Below, piece after piece: positions 1 through 60,605 of a stretch of 64,000 nt of DNA. Source of the stretch: Octopus vulgaris (lineage: Eukaryota). Position 1 is the stretch's first letter; each line of letters opens with the position of its first letter. Below the pieces are notes generated by a model. The model worked only from the letters and a program-made list of their open reading frames with translations, did not search any database and had not been told where the DNA came from. Made by a program: the position numbers and the translations under genes. The DNA lies in assembly GCA_951406725.2 (NCBI GenBank), contig OX597814.1:55552001-55616000 (forward strand). Reading direction: 5' to 3'.

Positions 1-152
1 GACCTCAGTGTGCAACTGGTACATAATTTATTGACCCCGAAAGGATGAAAGACAAAGTTGACCTCAGCGGAATTTCAACTCAGAATGTAAATACAGATGA
101 AATACCACGAAGCATTTTGCCTGGTGGGCTAATGTTTCTGCCAGCTCACTGC
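1..152 (-). mobile_element. Same SINE family, antisense copy (others near 1345-1460, 3440-3640, 19030-19145, 33060-33200, 56560-56640)
   Basis: gaccccgaaaggatgaaagacaaagttgacctcagcggaatttcaactcagaa is the reverse complement of the core in the 15-kb cluster. Confidence 0.75.
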
Positions 153-2697
153 CTTATATTATTACTACTTTATATTTTTTTACTTTTGAAAGTTTGTCTC
201 CCTAAGAATTTTGTATCCAGGGAAACTGCCCTTGAGGCCTATCCTTGCTATGATGATTCCCTCTGGTTTCTTCTTGGGGAGGAAAATTTTGGACTGATGC
301 AGCATTAAGAAATATTATATAATGCTTAAGGATTGCATTGGTGGCATGGGAAGATTTTTTTATAGGATTGAAAAGTATGTTGGTTCATGTTTTCTTTGTA
401 ATTTATTTAGTAGTTTTGGACAATTTGATTAGGTTTGAAGTTTGTATGTATGTAAATTAGCTGTACATAGATATGTATTACTCATTCTTTAATTACTATG
501 AGATTTGAAATCAAGTTTTAAATTCTAATGCAAGCAGCTCTTATCACCAGGAAAGAAATATATATCAACTTTAATTTGAATTATTCCCTAAATTTCTTTT
601 ACCCATTTTAACTACATCTACTATCTTAATGCTTTCAACATATTCAAATATAATACACACATGCACATTCCCTCCTTCAGCTTTCACCTATTGTCCATCT
701 CTGGTTAGAGATATTTTAGCAAGTAACTATTATTTAACGGAACTAGCATAGAAAGGTACTTAAGTGTCAATTATTTTGGTAAATTTTATACCAAATTAGT
801 CACCCAACCAAGTCCCAACACATTCTACTCACTCAAGAATGTGTATGCACACACACATAATTAAATAAAATAAATACTTCAAACTAATTTGAAGATTAAA
901 GGGGAAAAAAAGCTAAAATAAACAAACTACCATGCCTTTTCCTTGTCCTTTAACACTATATAATATCTCCATGCTTTTAATGTTACATCAGTCTGAAGAA
1001 TCTTGCTTGGGTTGAACCAACAGACCACTGTGTGATATTAAAACCTTCCACTTCTGAAAATATAGTCTTACTCTTCAATTAACCCATATTAAGTTCTCTC
1101 TATCTGAGAAGAAGTAATACAAAGTACAACCGATCCACTATGTGCACACACCCACACCAATATATAGATATATATACGTAAGATGCAACTAAATTTGAGC
1201 TTGAACTTTTTTAAGGCTTTTTTTTTCATTTCCTTAATAATTCTTTATGTTTAACTTGGGAAACAACATTTCTAAATCCATTAGTCATTTAATGTGTAAT
1301 GAACTTCCTCAAAATAATGTGATGGTAATAATGGTTTTAAATTTTTGCACAAGGCCAGGTGAAATGGGTAAGCCAACTACATCAACTCTCAATGCTCAAC
1401 AGGTACTTATTTTATTGACCTCAAAAGGATGAAAGGCAAAGTCAGCCTCAGCAGAAATTGATGGCAATAATACTATGTTTGTGTGCTTTGCAGTATTTTG
1501 CAAGTGACCACTCAAATAATTTTATAACAAATACAATGATCAACAAAAAACCCCTAAAAAACGACTTGGTAAGTTTGCATGAATTTCATGATGAATTGTT
1601 GTGGCACAAACCTAATAACCCTTAACCACCTATAAGCTTACAAATGCACCTAGACACAGACTTACCAAATGACCAAACAACATCATCAAGAATTATTGAC
1701 TAAACAGCATATGATCAGCAGATAAATTCCTTGAAATTTCACAGGAAATTAACAAAATTGACAACATTTCCACCATGGGCATCAGAAATCACTAATGTGC
1801 CAGTTATGGAAACTATGAATATAATCTGGGATAAAAACCCAATAAAAACCATCTGTTATAAAAGAAATATCATGAAAATGTTTCTGTTTGTTCTGCTCAA
1901 CTGAGGTTTTCTTCCATTGTCCACAAGGTAATCTGTACATCTTAAAAGCATGGAGTGGCTATGAATACCCCACACAGATGTACATTTATAGTTTTCTGTA
2001 GAGCTAATATAGAACTACACAGCAAATGATGAGAATAACTGTGGAAGAAATGGTAAATAAGAAAATACAAACCAAAATAAAACACAGATACATTAAATGT
2101 AAAATAAATCATTAAATGTACCAGAACTTTCTATTATATGATAATAAGTCCAACACATGATTTCATTAGCTGTAATATTATTGCCATTTATCTGACTCAC
2201 TGCAAAACACATAAATAATATGCTATTACTACCATCACTGTATTTTGAGAATAGTACTATATAAGTCTCAAAGCTTTAATGTACTAATAATAGATTAAGA
2301 AAGGCTATTGTTCTAAACTAGACATAAAAAACAAAAAATGAATATGATAAATCCTTAATTAAAAAAATCAAGTTTGAACAGTCTGTCATTCATGTCATTA
2401 ATAAATTCTTCAGGCGTACAAAATTCTGGTTTCACATCAGTAAAACTGTTGTGTGGGTTTAGTGAAGTGTAAAATATGATCCAAATAATAAGACAAAAAG
2501 CAAAGTCTAGAAGATTCACAATATAAAAGTGCTCCTTTGATGCAAGTTTGATGAAGTACTACTCTAATGCCCCAAATCACAAATATCATGTAAATTTTCA
2601 ATTTAAACTTTTAGGTAAACTGGCATTCAAGGCCAAGTTGGTAAATAAACAATTGTAACTGATCATCAAAATATTTCTTTGTCTTATTATTTGGATT

Positions 2698-2728
<31 letters not shown>

Positions 2729-3047
2729 GACACACACACAATCAGATAGACTCCATGAAGACTGGTGCTGATATACGCTGGCAAGATTTGCATTATTTAG
2801 TAAAATCAACAAAAAGCATGCTGTGGGGAATGGAAAATCCAATGTTTTAAATAGAATCATTCTTCAGAGTAATTTTTATGCTCCATGAAAGATTGTGAAT
2901 CTGTGACTGATATTGTTAACTAAAGCTCTGTAATTCCCTTAAATTTCTCTCCTATCAACTTTTCCCCGAAGAAGGATACTGACTGAAACGTTGGATTTTC
3001 CACTACCCCAAGGCAAGCTCACTGTACTCTTTTTGTCAATTTTACTA

Positions 3048-3268
3048 TACTAAAGAGTGCTGAAAAGTTCCTGATTTTAAGGGTATTGCGAAAAGCCTGG
3101 TTGGAGGACCAACCTTTAGAGTTCTTTTACAGGGCTTAGAAAAACTGAAGGACCACTGCAATAAGTGTGTAAATCTGAGAGGAAAATATGTTGAATAAAA
3201 TCATAATTAAGTGATCCTCCTGTATTTTCTTTTATTCAAAGCCAGGAACTTTTCAACATCCCCTTGTA
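3048..3268 (+). mobile_element. Non-autonomous mariner-derived MITE (~220 bp)
   Basis: TIRs gtgctgaaaagttcctga / gccaggaacttttcaacatcccc with TA ends; interior keeps the transposase C-terminus (GLEKLKDHCNKCVNLRGKYVE*). Confidence 0.8.
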
Positions 3269-4098
3269 TATGTTTAAAATGGCTTGATACAAAACAACAC
3301 ATTTTCCTCCTACTTTTCTTTACTTTCCGTGTACTCCTTCTTTCAGTGTAGCTAACTTCTGAAGAAAAACTTAAGCAAGAAATGTCAAAGACATTTATTA
3401 TTTCACAATCTTTCATTGAGCAAAATATATAATGATTTCTGGTTTAGGCACAAGGCTAGAAATTTTGAAGGGAGGAAATTAGTTGAGTAGACCAACCTCA
3501 CTACATGACTGGTTGTGTATTTTATTGAATTCAGAGAGATGAAAGACAAAGTTGACTAGCAGTATTTGAGAGCAAAGTGCCAGAATAAATGTTGGTGGGC
3601 TATTTTTCTGATGGTCTAACAATTTTATCAGCCCACTGCCTTTTTTGGAAACTAAAATATTAATACCATCCTATTTTCACTTTGTCTTTTGTGTTGTTTT
3701 TGTTGCACATTTTGAATATATGTAATATGAAAATACATACATATAAAGAAACACACACACATATATATTTCGTTTTTATATATTTGTATGTATATACACA
3801 AACATGTATTTACATTTACAATATGAATATAGAATCAACAAGAAATATGCAAATAACTGTATATTGATTATATATCTCAACGGTAATTCAGCTATAAACA
3901 GTAAATTGCATTGCATTAAATTAAAAATCCCCGGGGCAGAAGAAAGGTGACAAGATGCTTGCAGAATCTGAATTATGCATTTTCTGTAAAGTAGGTAGAA
4001 TTTCTCTGTAAATGCTCTACTAAAATTTGAGTGCATCATTTATACTGTCAAATATGGTGCATGTGTGTGTATATATGTATACATACATACATGCATAC

Positions 4099-4129
<31 letters not shown>

Positions 4130-4763
4130 ATGATAAATATCTGCAAGTGCATCTAGTACAACTAAGCGCACATACAGATTTGATCACAATTTGCATGTAG
4201 GGGCAAAAACAAATGCATTTTTACATTTAATGTAGTCAATAAAACTCACATACATTGTTATATTCACCTTTATTTTATCATGTTGAAATAGATATTATAT
4301 ATTGAGATCTTTAAATGAGCATCTATGGTCTAGATACTGATATTCTACTTTAGTATGTTATAGCCTTATATTTTTCAATTAAACATAGTTGAAAGCTGAC
4401 TAAAACATAAAGAGAGTGTCAGTGGGAACTGATATGTATTCCATTTGTTCTATGTTTCATAAACTCAGTGCACTTTCAAATAATGGTATTGTCTCTGATA
4501 CCATTTGATATTCATTCTGTGTCAGGATTCACAAGAGGAAATTGAGAATTGTTAGAAAACAAAAAAAATTCTTTATATTGGTCTTGAATGAAATTGCTGT
4601 TGGGAACATCTCTTGTTCATATTGCCTATTAGACAGGCATTGTAAGTAGTAGATTATATTGAGGAAAAGATTCTTTGAAAGCTGATGACATAAACTCAAG
4701 AAGATAAATAAGCTTAAACATCCATATAGTTTGTGTTTTGATTTATACTTGTAAGATACTTAC

Positions 4764-51324
<46,561 letters not shown>

Positions 51325-54300
51325 CTGTAAAAAAATTAAATATATTGAAAATATATTGATTATTTTTCAATAGGAAACCCATTCTTTAAGTGATTTCTTT
51401 TATGTAATATTCTCTTCCAAATAGAATTTAGAGTATAAACATGGAAATATCCTGATGGCTGTTATTTATTTGATATTAATATAATAAATAATAATCTATA
51501 TTTGTTTTTAAATTAACAAACCTTTTCAAGGAATATTTAAAATTTTGTTAAAATGATTTATTAATCTACAGTAGCAATTTTGAATATAATAAAAGGGAAC
51601 TGAATTATTTTATTATTATTTGTTATATATTTTTTTTGGAAAAAAAATAATTCAAAACATTTTAAACCTGTATATTAAAGCACAATATTTAAGGATATGA
51701 GTCTCATGTTGATTAGTATTGAATTAAATATGTATTACTGATATCTATTATATTTTTATAGTACTACTTGCAGCCTGTCAGGTGTTATAGCAGTTACTGC
51801 ATTCTAAAAATGGCTTCATTCATTCACTCAATGCCTTTTTTTCATTCAAGTTAATGTCATATGGTCAGTTCATCACGAAGAAATTGATATTAAACATAAA
51901 CATCAGTTTGGTATCAAAAGTGAAACAAGACCACTTGCAGTATTCAAACCACACATTGTCACTTGCTGGACAACCACATTACCAATTACACTACATGATG
52001 TTCATCATTGTTAACAGTAAATCAAAGTGAGGCATTTTGCTATGTTAGCCATTAAAATATATTATATTTATAAATGGAGTTTAACCTGTTCTGCAATACT
52101 AAATAATTATCTTCAGGAGATAAAAATGTCAAGATAAAAAGAGATAAAAATAACACAGTTAAAATAAAATAGCAGTAAAAAAAAAGTTTTGTAAGAGAAG
52201 GATTGGTAGATTCCTTTCAGTGGGCCTGTTTCTTTTTTCTATCTCAAATTAGCACTTATAATATCTTCTATTTCTTTATAGTATGAATGATTAGCTAGCC
52301 ATATGTCATTAATTTGAATTGTATACCTTAGAATAGTAAATTCTATCCTATTAAAAAATATATGCTGTTTTCAGAAAATAGTAACAGTTAAACTTTCAAT
52401 CACCTATCTCAATTACAGCAAACCATTCCAAAATAAGACTAATAGCTGTCAAAAGAGATTTTTTAAGCAAAGCGATATATTATAAATATCTTTACTACAA
52501 GCCTCAGGTTGAATCACAGCCCATTCAAGTGAAGTAGTGCCTGCATAGAGAAAAGGGAAGAAAACCAAATCTGAGATTCTAATCTTACTTAGAAGTTCAT
52601 CAACTATCTTTTTTCTCATAAGAATATTCCTGCTTAATTCATCATATTCTATGGTTATTAACATGGTTGTTACTCTTCAACTCCCTCAAACAACTTTTTC
52701 ATATCACTAAATAAAATAGAATAAGAAGGTTTTATTTTATTTCTGTTATCACAATAAAACCATAGTTAACCAGGGTTTACTTCTAATTTAAAACTTGTAG
52801 AAAACCAAGAATTTGTTTTTACTTTCTAATATATGCATGTTCTTGATCATAGAAGCCTTTTGTAAAACCAAAAATTTAAAACGTTATTGGAATCAAAAAT
52901 AATATTTGTACTGTGAGATCATAGGTAAATCAAAAAAGATAACTGAATGTAAACTGCTACTAAGAAAGACATAATTCAGCTGGTTTTTATTTAAGAAAAG
53001 CATTGGGAATGTTTTGAAATTAATTATATAGAAAATGAATAGGTAAAAGACTGTCATACTTAGTCAAATTTATTTTTAGTATTAATAATATTCTGCTCTC
53101 CTGGTAGAATTTTATAAAGAAATTGTATGCTTGTTTTCTTTTTGTATCATACAAATATATCATATTTGACATTTATTAAATTATGATAATGTTTAATTAC
53201 CTTTCAAATTCAGAAATAAACAACATAACCAAAAGAATGGAATGAAGCAATTCTCAATAATGACAAAGAGAAAGAAGTTTGCCAACTTCTAAGTCACTCT
53301 TTTATGATATAAGAAAAATTTGTTAAAATATCTGAGAATAATAGTCAGTAGAATGAAAAATTCTAGAGATATTTGAAGTAAATGTTAGATACTATATAAA
53401 TACAAAATAATAAATTGCAATCATAAATTTTTAGTTTTGTTACTGTAGTATATCCTTAATTATTCTTTGAAATAATAATATTTGAAATAATAAACATTTA
53501 CATTTTGATGAAATTTCTTTGCCAATATGTATCATTTAACTTTAACTTTTAACATAGCTGAGAAACATTTTTTCAAGAAAGAATATAGAATGATTCAAGT
53601 AATTAGAAGATACTTGTAACTATCTTCTAATTACTTTCATTTTGTAACAGATATAAAAAAAAAAGTTTTAATAATTTAAATAGAACAGTATAAACTTGTT
53701 GCAAAGAATCTTGAGTAATATTAAAATAATTGTTAAATATTCTAAATAAAGAACGTTCACCTTAGCTTTATATTCAATTTTGGTTTCAATGCAAATTGAG
53801 CCTGATTGATCTGAACAAAATATATTCATGCATTTTAGCTTAGAAATATTGATTTCTTACATTTGGTATAAGTTTTCAGTTAATAAATAAGAGAGATAAG
53901 ATAATGTGATGTAAATGACTTTATATAGCTACCACCCAGTATGACTTCTGAGTTGTGGGTTCATCTACCATTCAAGAATTTATATTTGTTGTTCAATACA
54001 TTGTAAAAATATAGTAAATATGTGAATGTCCATGTAAATAACTGCATTGGTTAACATTTGTTAGCATTTTCTTGGAGAGAATTATGTAAAACATATAGCT
54101 TTTCTTTATCTAATTAAAACTGTAGCCTTTTCCTTTACTGTCAAAGAGAAGTTACATCATTCTTCAATGTAATAAGTGAAATATTTATTTCAAAACCTGA
54201 CAGTATCAAGGACTTATGTTTCCATAAATAACATCCATCATTTAAAAACGTTTTATGTGTTTATCGAAAGAGGAAGAGCAATGTCCATTATCTTCTTTGG

Positions 54301-54463
54301 TCTTCTCATAATTGTGAGATTGATGTAATTGATGTTTGAACATGTGTAAGTAAATAAGAGTGGGAACTGTAAAGTGTATCAAAGTTCAGGGAATGAAGGC
54401 TTATGAAAAGTGTTGTGTGGACAGTCAAAGTTATTCTCCACTTCCAAAGTATTTTCCCAGATA

Positions 54464-54611
<148 letters not shown>

Positions 54612-56895
54612 GAATGAGAGAGAGAGAGATTGAAAAGTTCGGTAAGTCACTAAGAGTGATAAAATGAATATTGTTGAGACTGAACACCAAGTTGAATTAA
54701 AGAGATCAGAATTTTTCTACAAGTGTCAGTAGTATGAGGTGATGATACTGATGGTATGAAAGAGAATTTGGAGAAAGTTTTGTTGAGTGCAGGCAGCTTG
54801 GACTTGGAAGTAGAAGAGGTAGCAAATGTAGTGTTTTTCAGTTGAAGTGTTACTAAAAGGACCATCTTTATTCAGAAGAGGTAGGTAAGAGGATAATGCA
54901 AAGTAAGTTAAGATCCTCTTTTTAAGGGAGTTGAAATGAAAACTTGCAGTCCATGCAATACCCAAGAAATTCTTTACTTTTCTGAGGATAGTTTTGCACA
55001 CATCAAAATTGTAAGAGGCCTCCTACAAATGGTGTAGAGGGTATGTATTCTTTGTTATATTGCTTTGAGATACTTTGAGGACAACAAATTAAATCTACCT
55101 TCTTCGTAAATCCTGTTCCACACTTTTTGTTCAGGTGTGACAAGAAAACTTATAGCAAAGAATATAAAAAAAAAATAGAACTTAAGATGTTGCTTGACTT
55201 TTAAAACTATATGTTTTCACAATTAAATTCAATAACTTTTTTCCATGAATAATATATAACAAAGTTAGATGATACATTAGCAAATTACTTAACATTCTGA
55301 AATTAAAAATAAGCATTTATTTAATTTCATTTTTTAAAACAATTAATCTAAAAGAAGTGATAATTATGTCTTTAAGTAGCAAATAACAGGTTAAAAAATT
55401 TAAAAACTTTCAAAACAAAATGAAAAAATTTACATTAAATTTAAGGTGCATTTCACAGAAACAAAATTTGGTGAGGAAATGATTGTCTGAAAAGTAAGAT
55501 ATATTTTGGTCCATGAAATAATGTTTTTGTTCACGGATGAACTCACTGCACAGTTGAAAAATTGATTTAGTTTCAAATTTCATAAAAGATTTCTTTATAC
55601 ACATCTAAGTAGACTTTGGATGTTTATATTTAATAGAATTATACATCTGTGTATGTATAAATATATATGCATGTATACATACATAAGTATATACATACAT
55701 AAGTATATACATACACATAAAAAAGCCTGAATTGAAAATTGCTTTCAATAATGCTTTCAGCTGTGCAATAAATAACTTATTAAATCTATAGTTGAAGAAA
55801 ATATGTTCAAAATTAAAGTTAAAAGCAATAAACAGATTTAAGAAATAGTTGAAAGGAAACAAGTGCTGATTTTGAAGTTAAGGAGAAATGCATGCAGCTA
55901 ATTTGAGAAGCTAAAAAATATATCAGTTAGCAGAAAAAAGGTGGCCACATATTAGTTAAATCCAGTATTAGATTTTAGAAATAAAGATAACTTAATGGGA
56001 ACAAAATAAGTCATATTTATTAATACTGATATGTTTTAGGGATACTGAAAACTATGATTTTAATTATAAATATTATTTCTACTAATTTTACACAAAATTA
56101 CTGTTGAAATACTTTAAATATTACAACTAGTTTAATAAAGTATATTTTGATTTACTTTTGACTACAGTTCATCTGAATTTACATTGAATCTGTTTCAAAC
56201 ACTTAAGTAAAGTGCTAGTTACACTAAAATATTGACAGCATTTTATTATATCATAAAACATTTTAATTATAGAAATATGAAGGAATTAATGAGGAAAAAA
56301 TCAAGGATATATAGAAAAGATTCAAAGACAGTTGGCATCAACTTGAAAAAATTTAAGTCAAGAAAACGTTTTTCCAGTTATCCATTCACATATAATGTTA
56401 TATGTGTAAAAAAAGTACACCAACGCACATTTGAGTATGACATGATATCAGCATGATCCATGCTGTTTGTTAATGGTTTCTAGGTGCCCATATAGTTGTG
56501 AACAGTCATTGACACCCACATGAGCCTCCCACTCTTAACTCCAAAATGTGACTGCTGAAGGAAGAAAAGGTTGAAAGGCAAAGTTGACCTTAGTGGCATT
56601 TAAACTCAGAAGACAAAGCATCAGAACAAATACAGGAAGGTGCATGGCTTTAATGATTCAGACAATTTGCCTCAATGTAACATATGTAATGAATATTCAG
56701 TTTATCTAACAAGACAAATATTAAATTACATATACAGGGGTATATTTTACCACTTAAAGCAATATTACTGTGCATTAATGTGTTCAAAGACTATATGCTT
56801 TTGAACTCAGAACTTTGAGCTAATGACACCCTCATTTGTGTGCAGTAATATTAATGGGATATCCCATAATTAATGCATTGATGTGCAGTAATATT

Positions 56896-58167
56896 TATGG
56901 GTTATCCTATAAATTATGTGGTTTTTTTCAATTGCATGAACTAAAAGTCGGAGGGAAATGGGATAAACTACCTGCATCAACTTGCTATAACAGTAGGCAA
57001 CAATTTTACCTTGTATTTATTCTTAGTGCAAGTTTTGATTTTAAGAGGGCAGTTTGATTTTAACAGTTATTTTTTCAAAGCTATAATGGAAGTGACGAAG
57101 GAGCATATTTGGTATATAATGCTTTATGAGTTCAATAAAGGCAACAACGCAATGAAAAGTGCAAGAAATATTAATGCAGTATATGGGAGCTGACAATAAG
57201 CATAAGTCAGTGTCAACGGTGGTTCCAGAAATTCCAAGCCAGAAACTACAGCTTAGCCTAGAAGACAAGCCTCATCCTGGAAGATCTGCAGAGCTCAACG
57301 AGGATGTCCTGCAAACTCTGGTAGAACAAAATCCCATTGTAACTGTTGAGAAACTAGCAGAGAAGCTAGGATTTGGTCATTCAACAATTCATTGACACCT
57401 GCGTGCCATTGGGTATGTCAGCAAATTGGGTTAATGTGTTCCTCACAAATTTTCCAAATCTAACTGCGTGCAGAGAGTGAATGTGTGCTCTTCTTTGCTG
57501 TTACATCTCATGAATGAACTGTTTTTGAAGTGAATAGTGACTGGTGACAAGAAATGGTTTCTCTATAAAATGTCAAGCACCAAAGACAGTGGGTAGGGAA
57601 AGGAGAAATACTGGCGTCCCAGGGTAAAGAAGGTGTTGTTGTGTTTAGTGGGATACAAAAGGTTTAGTCCACTTTTAAACCCAAACCAAACGATAGCAAA
57701 GGAGATTTACTGTGAGCAGCTTGAGTGGCATAAGTCAGCACTGGAAGGAAAACGACCATCTTTGGTTTCAAGACGAAAGGTGTTCTTCCATCAAGGTAAT
57801 GCTTGGCCACATACAGTGAGGATAACATTCCAAAGACTGGAGCAGATTGAATGTGAAACAATGCCCCACCCACCATATTGGCTGAACATTGCCCCATCTG
57901 ATTATCATTTATTCCGCAATCTTCAAAATCATTTGGATGGAAAAATATGAATTCTGTAGATGAGGTCAGAATAGTATTGGAGGAGCTTTTTCATGCTGGA
58001 CAAGTGAATTTTGGAAGAGGGGCCTCGCAAGTCTACCAGATAAATGGAAGAGCATTGTAGAAAATGAAAGAGAGTATATTTTAGATTAAAAAAGAATTTT
58101 GATTATCTTAATCTTGAAAAATAAAAAAAGTATAAGAAAACTGCATTATTTATGGGATGACTCAATA
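56896..58167 (+). mobile_element. Mariner DNA transposon (cecropia/mellifera-like), near full length, decayed transposase 57086-58089
   Basis: Imperfect ~30-bp TIRs (tatgggttatcctataaattatgtggtttt / aaaactgcattatttatgggatgactcaata); fragments MEVTKEHIWYIMLYEFNKG, LEDKPHPGRS, VPHKFS, IVTGDKKW, HQGNAWPH, PHPPYWLNIAPSDYHLF; stops and frameshifts. Confidence 0.93.
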
Positions 58168-58549
58168 GCAATGTTTGGTTAGCATAAAAAAAATTAATAT
58201 TCAATCATCCCACACATACTGTCAGTACTTGACCTTTAACAGTCAGAGATATGTATCAATAGGCAATCAATCCCACTTAGTTTCTTGCTAGAAAATCTAT
58301 TACCTATTTTCAACAGCTTGGTGAACAGAAATGATGTCAAATATTGTGTTCTCTTCCGAATCACAAGGCAACATCTATAGAAAATCTGTACTATTGACCC
58401 ACATGTAAGCCCAATATTTTATTCACTTTGCTTTTTACTTCTAGCCATCCATATCATCATTTTAAGATCAGTTTTTTTTTGTTGAAATGAATCAGATCTG
58501 TCTTCCATACAACATATGGCAATTTGTCTTCAGAAAGTGTTATCTCTGA

Positions 58550-59100
58550 GATATCAATACTTCTCAACATCTTGGACCATTCACTTTCCATTATCAAGAC
58601 ATCTCATTTGTTATTTATCAATTTTTACCCTATGTTCACTATAGGCATTTGTTTCTCTTGCATACACTAGACCATGTCTTTCATAGTAGTAGCATTCAGT
58701 TCACATGTGCTCCAGCTGTCATGTAATATAACATTACACAAATAATGGACTATATGGTTCATTTCTCTCTAGGTTCTGCAAATTTTCAACATTTACTATA
58801 TGTTTTACCACTGCAGTAGCACATTTCTTATGCATTTCATATAGGGAGGGGAATCCTTATGTATGGGAAGAATGTAGCATCTACCTGAAGTTTTTTCCAT
58901 TCTTTCTGACTATCTAGTATAAATTATTCAAACATTCTTTAATTAGATCACCCACTCAAAAAAATAAAAAAATCTCATCGATGATCAGTTCATAGACATC
59001 ATTCTTTAAGTGCCCTTGTTACCAACTTTTACTATGCATTTAGTACAGTTTTTGTACTCTGTCAATTAACAAGAGGCTTCTGTATTTTCTGAATACATTG
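58550..59100 (-). mobile_element. Possible highly decayed LINE remnant (RTE-like)
   Basis: Only faint similarity by eye (e.g. ..VKVGN..); no intact motif. Confidence 0.3.
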
Positions 59101-60217
59101 TTTGCACTGAGTACACAATACCAGAATCCTATCTATCTCCTTCTTATATACCAAGTAAACTTACTAACACTGATATCTTTTAACTCTCTGTTACTAATTT
59201 ATACATTTGTCTTTGTCTTTGCACTTTTAGTCTTTTGGAATGTGAAATATTCCAAGTTTGGAACTGTTACTGAAACTCTTTGACAGATTCTGCAATGACA
59301 GCCAGTATCCTGTGGGAGCCTTCTCTCATTTCTGACAAGTCAACTGTGAAATGCAGATACTTGAGTTTAGCCAAAAACTTTATTTGCAATTGTCTCACAA
59401 AAAACATATCATATTCTAGTATAAACTGAAATTTATCTTATCCAAACTAGATCTATATTGTGATTTTTAAATCATAATGACCTTTGAACTGTTGGCCATT
59501 TTCCCATATTTGAAACTATACTATTATGAACTACAATATTGAGCAAGTAACTATCAAACTTTTATATAGTCTAATCTTTTCAGCATTTCAGCAAGTTTGC
59601 TTAAGGGACCTGTAACTTTCCATACCTTTATCTTCATAATTAATTTATAAGCTACCCTTAATTTATGTTCTATAGCTGGTCTTTCAAGAACTTCCACACG
59701 TACAAAAATTTTCAATCTCATTTCCAGTTCACACTTACAAATGCAATCATAACACACACACACACACACACACATGTACATGCATGCACGTGTGCACGCA
59801 CACGCACACACACACACACACACACAAAACAAATAAGAACAGTTGTTACACTTTCTAAGCCTAGATGGTCACCTTTTCAGTAACTGCATCTATAAATGAA
59901 ACTATTACTGTTAAAATCACAGATAAGTTAGTGCTAGCAGTAATAAGATAGATTTTTTTTCTTCCTAGTATCATGGTCTTTGTCCAGAGTTTAAGGAGCT
60001 GCTTTAATAATATTAAATTTTTAAAGCTATATTCTTGCATTTTTCACATCTACAAGCCCAAATGATATTCCAGCACTATGCCTCAGACTTCACACCTATA
60101 CAACTCCAAAAATATTCAAACTTTTTTATTGAAAGGTATCTACTTAAGAGTCCTGGAAAGATGCTAGTGCATGTTACAATCCTGTTGATATAATGGAATC
60201 TGCTATTACCTATTATT

Positions 60218-60276
<59 letters not shown>

Positions 60277-60281
<5 letters not shown>

Positions 60282-60575
60282 TGTTTCAGTCATTTGACTG
60301 GGGCCATGATGGAGTTCCACTTTTAATCAAACAGATTGATCCCAGGACTCATCCTATCGGTCTCTTTTGCATAACTGCTAAGTTATGGGGATGTAAACAC
60401 ACCATCCTCAATTGTCAAGCAATGGTCGAGGAAGGGGAAACATAGACACAAACACACACACACATATGACGGGCTTCTTTCAGTTCCTGTCTACCAAATC
60501 CACCCACAAGTGGAACTGAACCTGGAACCATGTAGTTAGTAAGCAAACTACTTACCACACAGCCATGCCTGCACC
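60277..60575 (-). mobile_element. Second tRNA-derived SINE family (related decayed copies near 8620-9020, 20050-20370, 43180-43990)
   Basis: Ends in aaccatgtagttagtaagcaaactacttaccacacagccatgcctgcacct, a motif shared by the other copies. Confidence 0.65.
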
Positions 60576-60605
60576 TATATATAAATATATATATATATAT
60601 ATTTA

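Noticed and set aside
3207-3416. ORF with basic stretch EVSYTERRSTRKVKKSRRK behind an acceptor-like ttcttcag
   Set aside because: Needs phase 1 but the upstream exon ends in phase 0; the ORF runs into a MITE.
51880-52010. Cys-rich frame CGCPASDNVWFEYCKW resembling the KCNT loop WGCP
   Set aside because: No compatible splice sites; the loop is already explained by the 51277-51324 exon.
53761-53810. Possible 50-nt exon (ttgttcag acceptor, AG|gtgaac donor)
   Set aside because: No similarity to Slo2 S1, length would shift the frame, and it has a stop in the needed phase.
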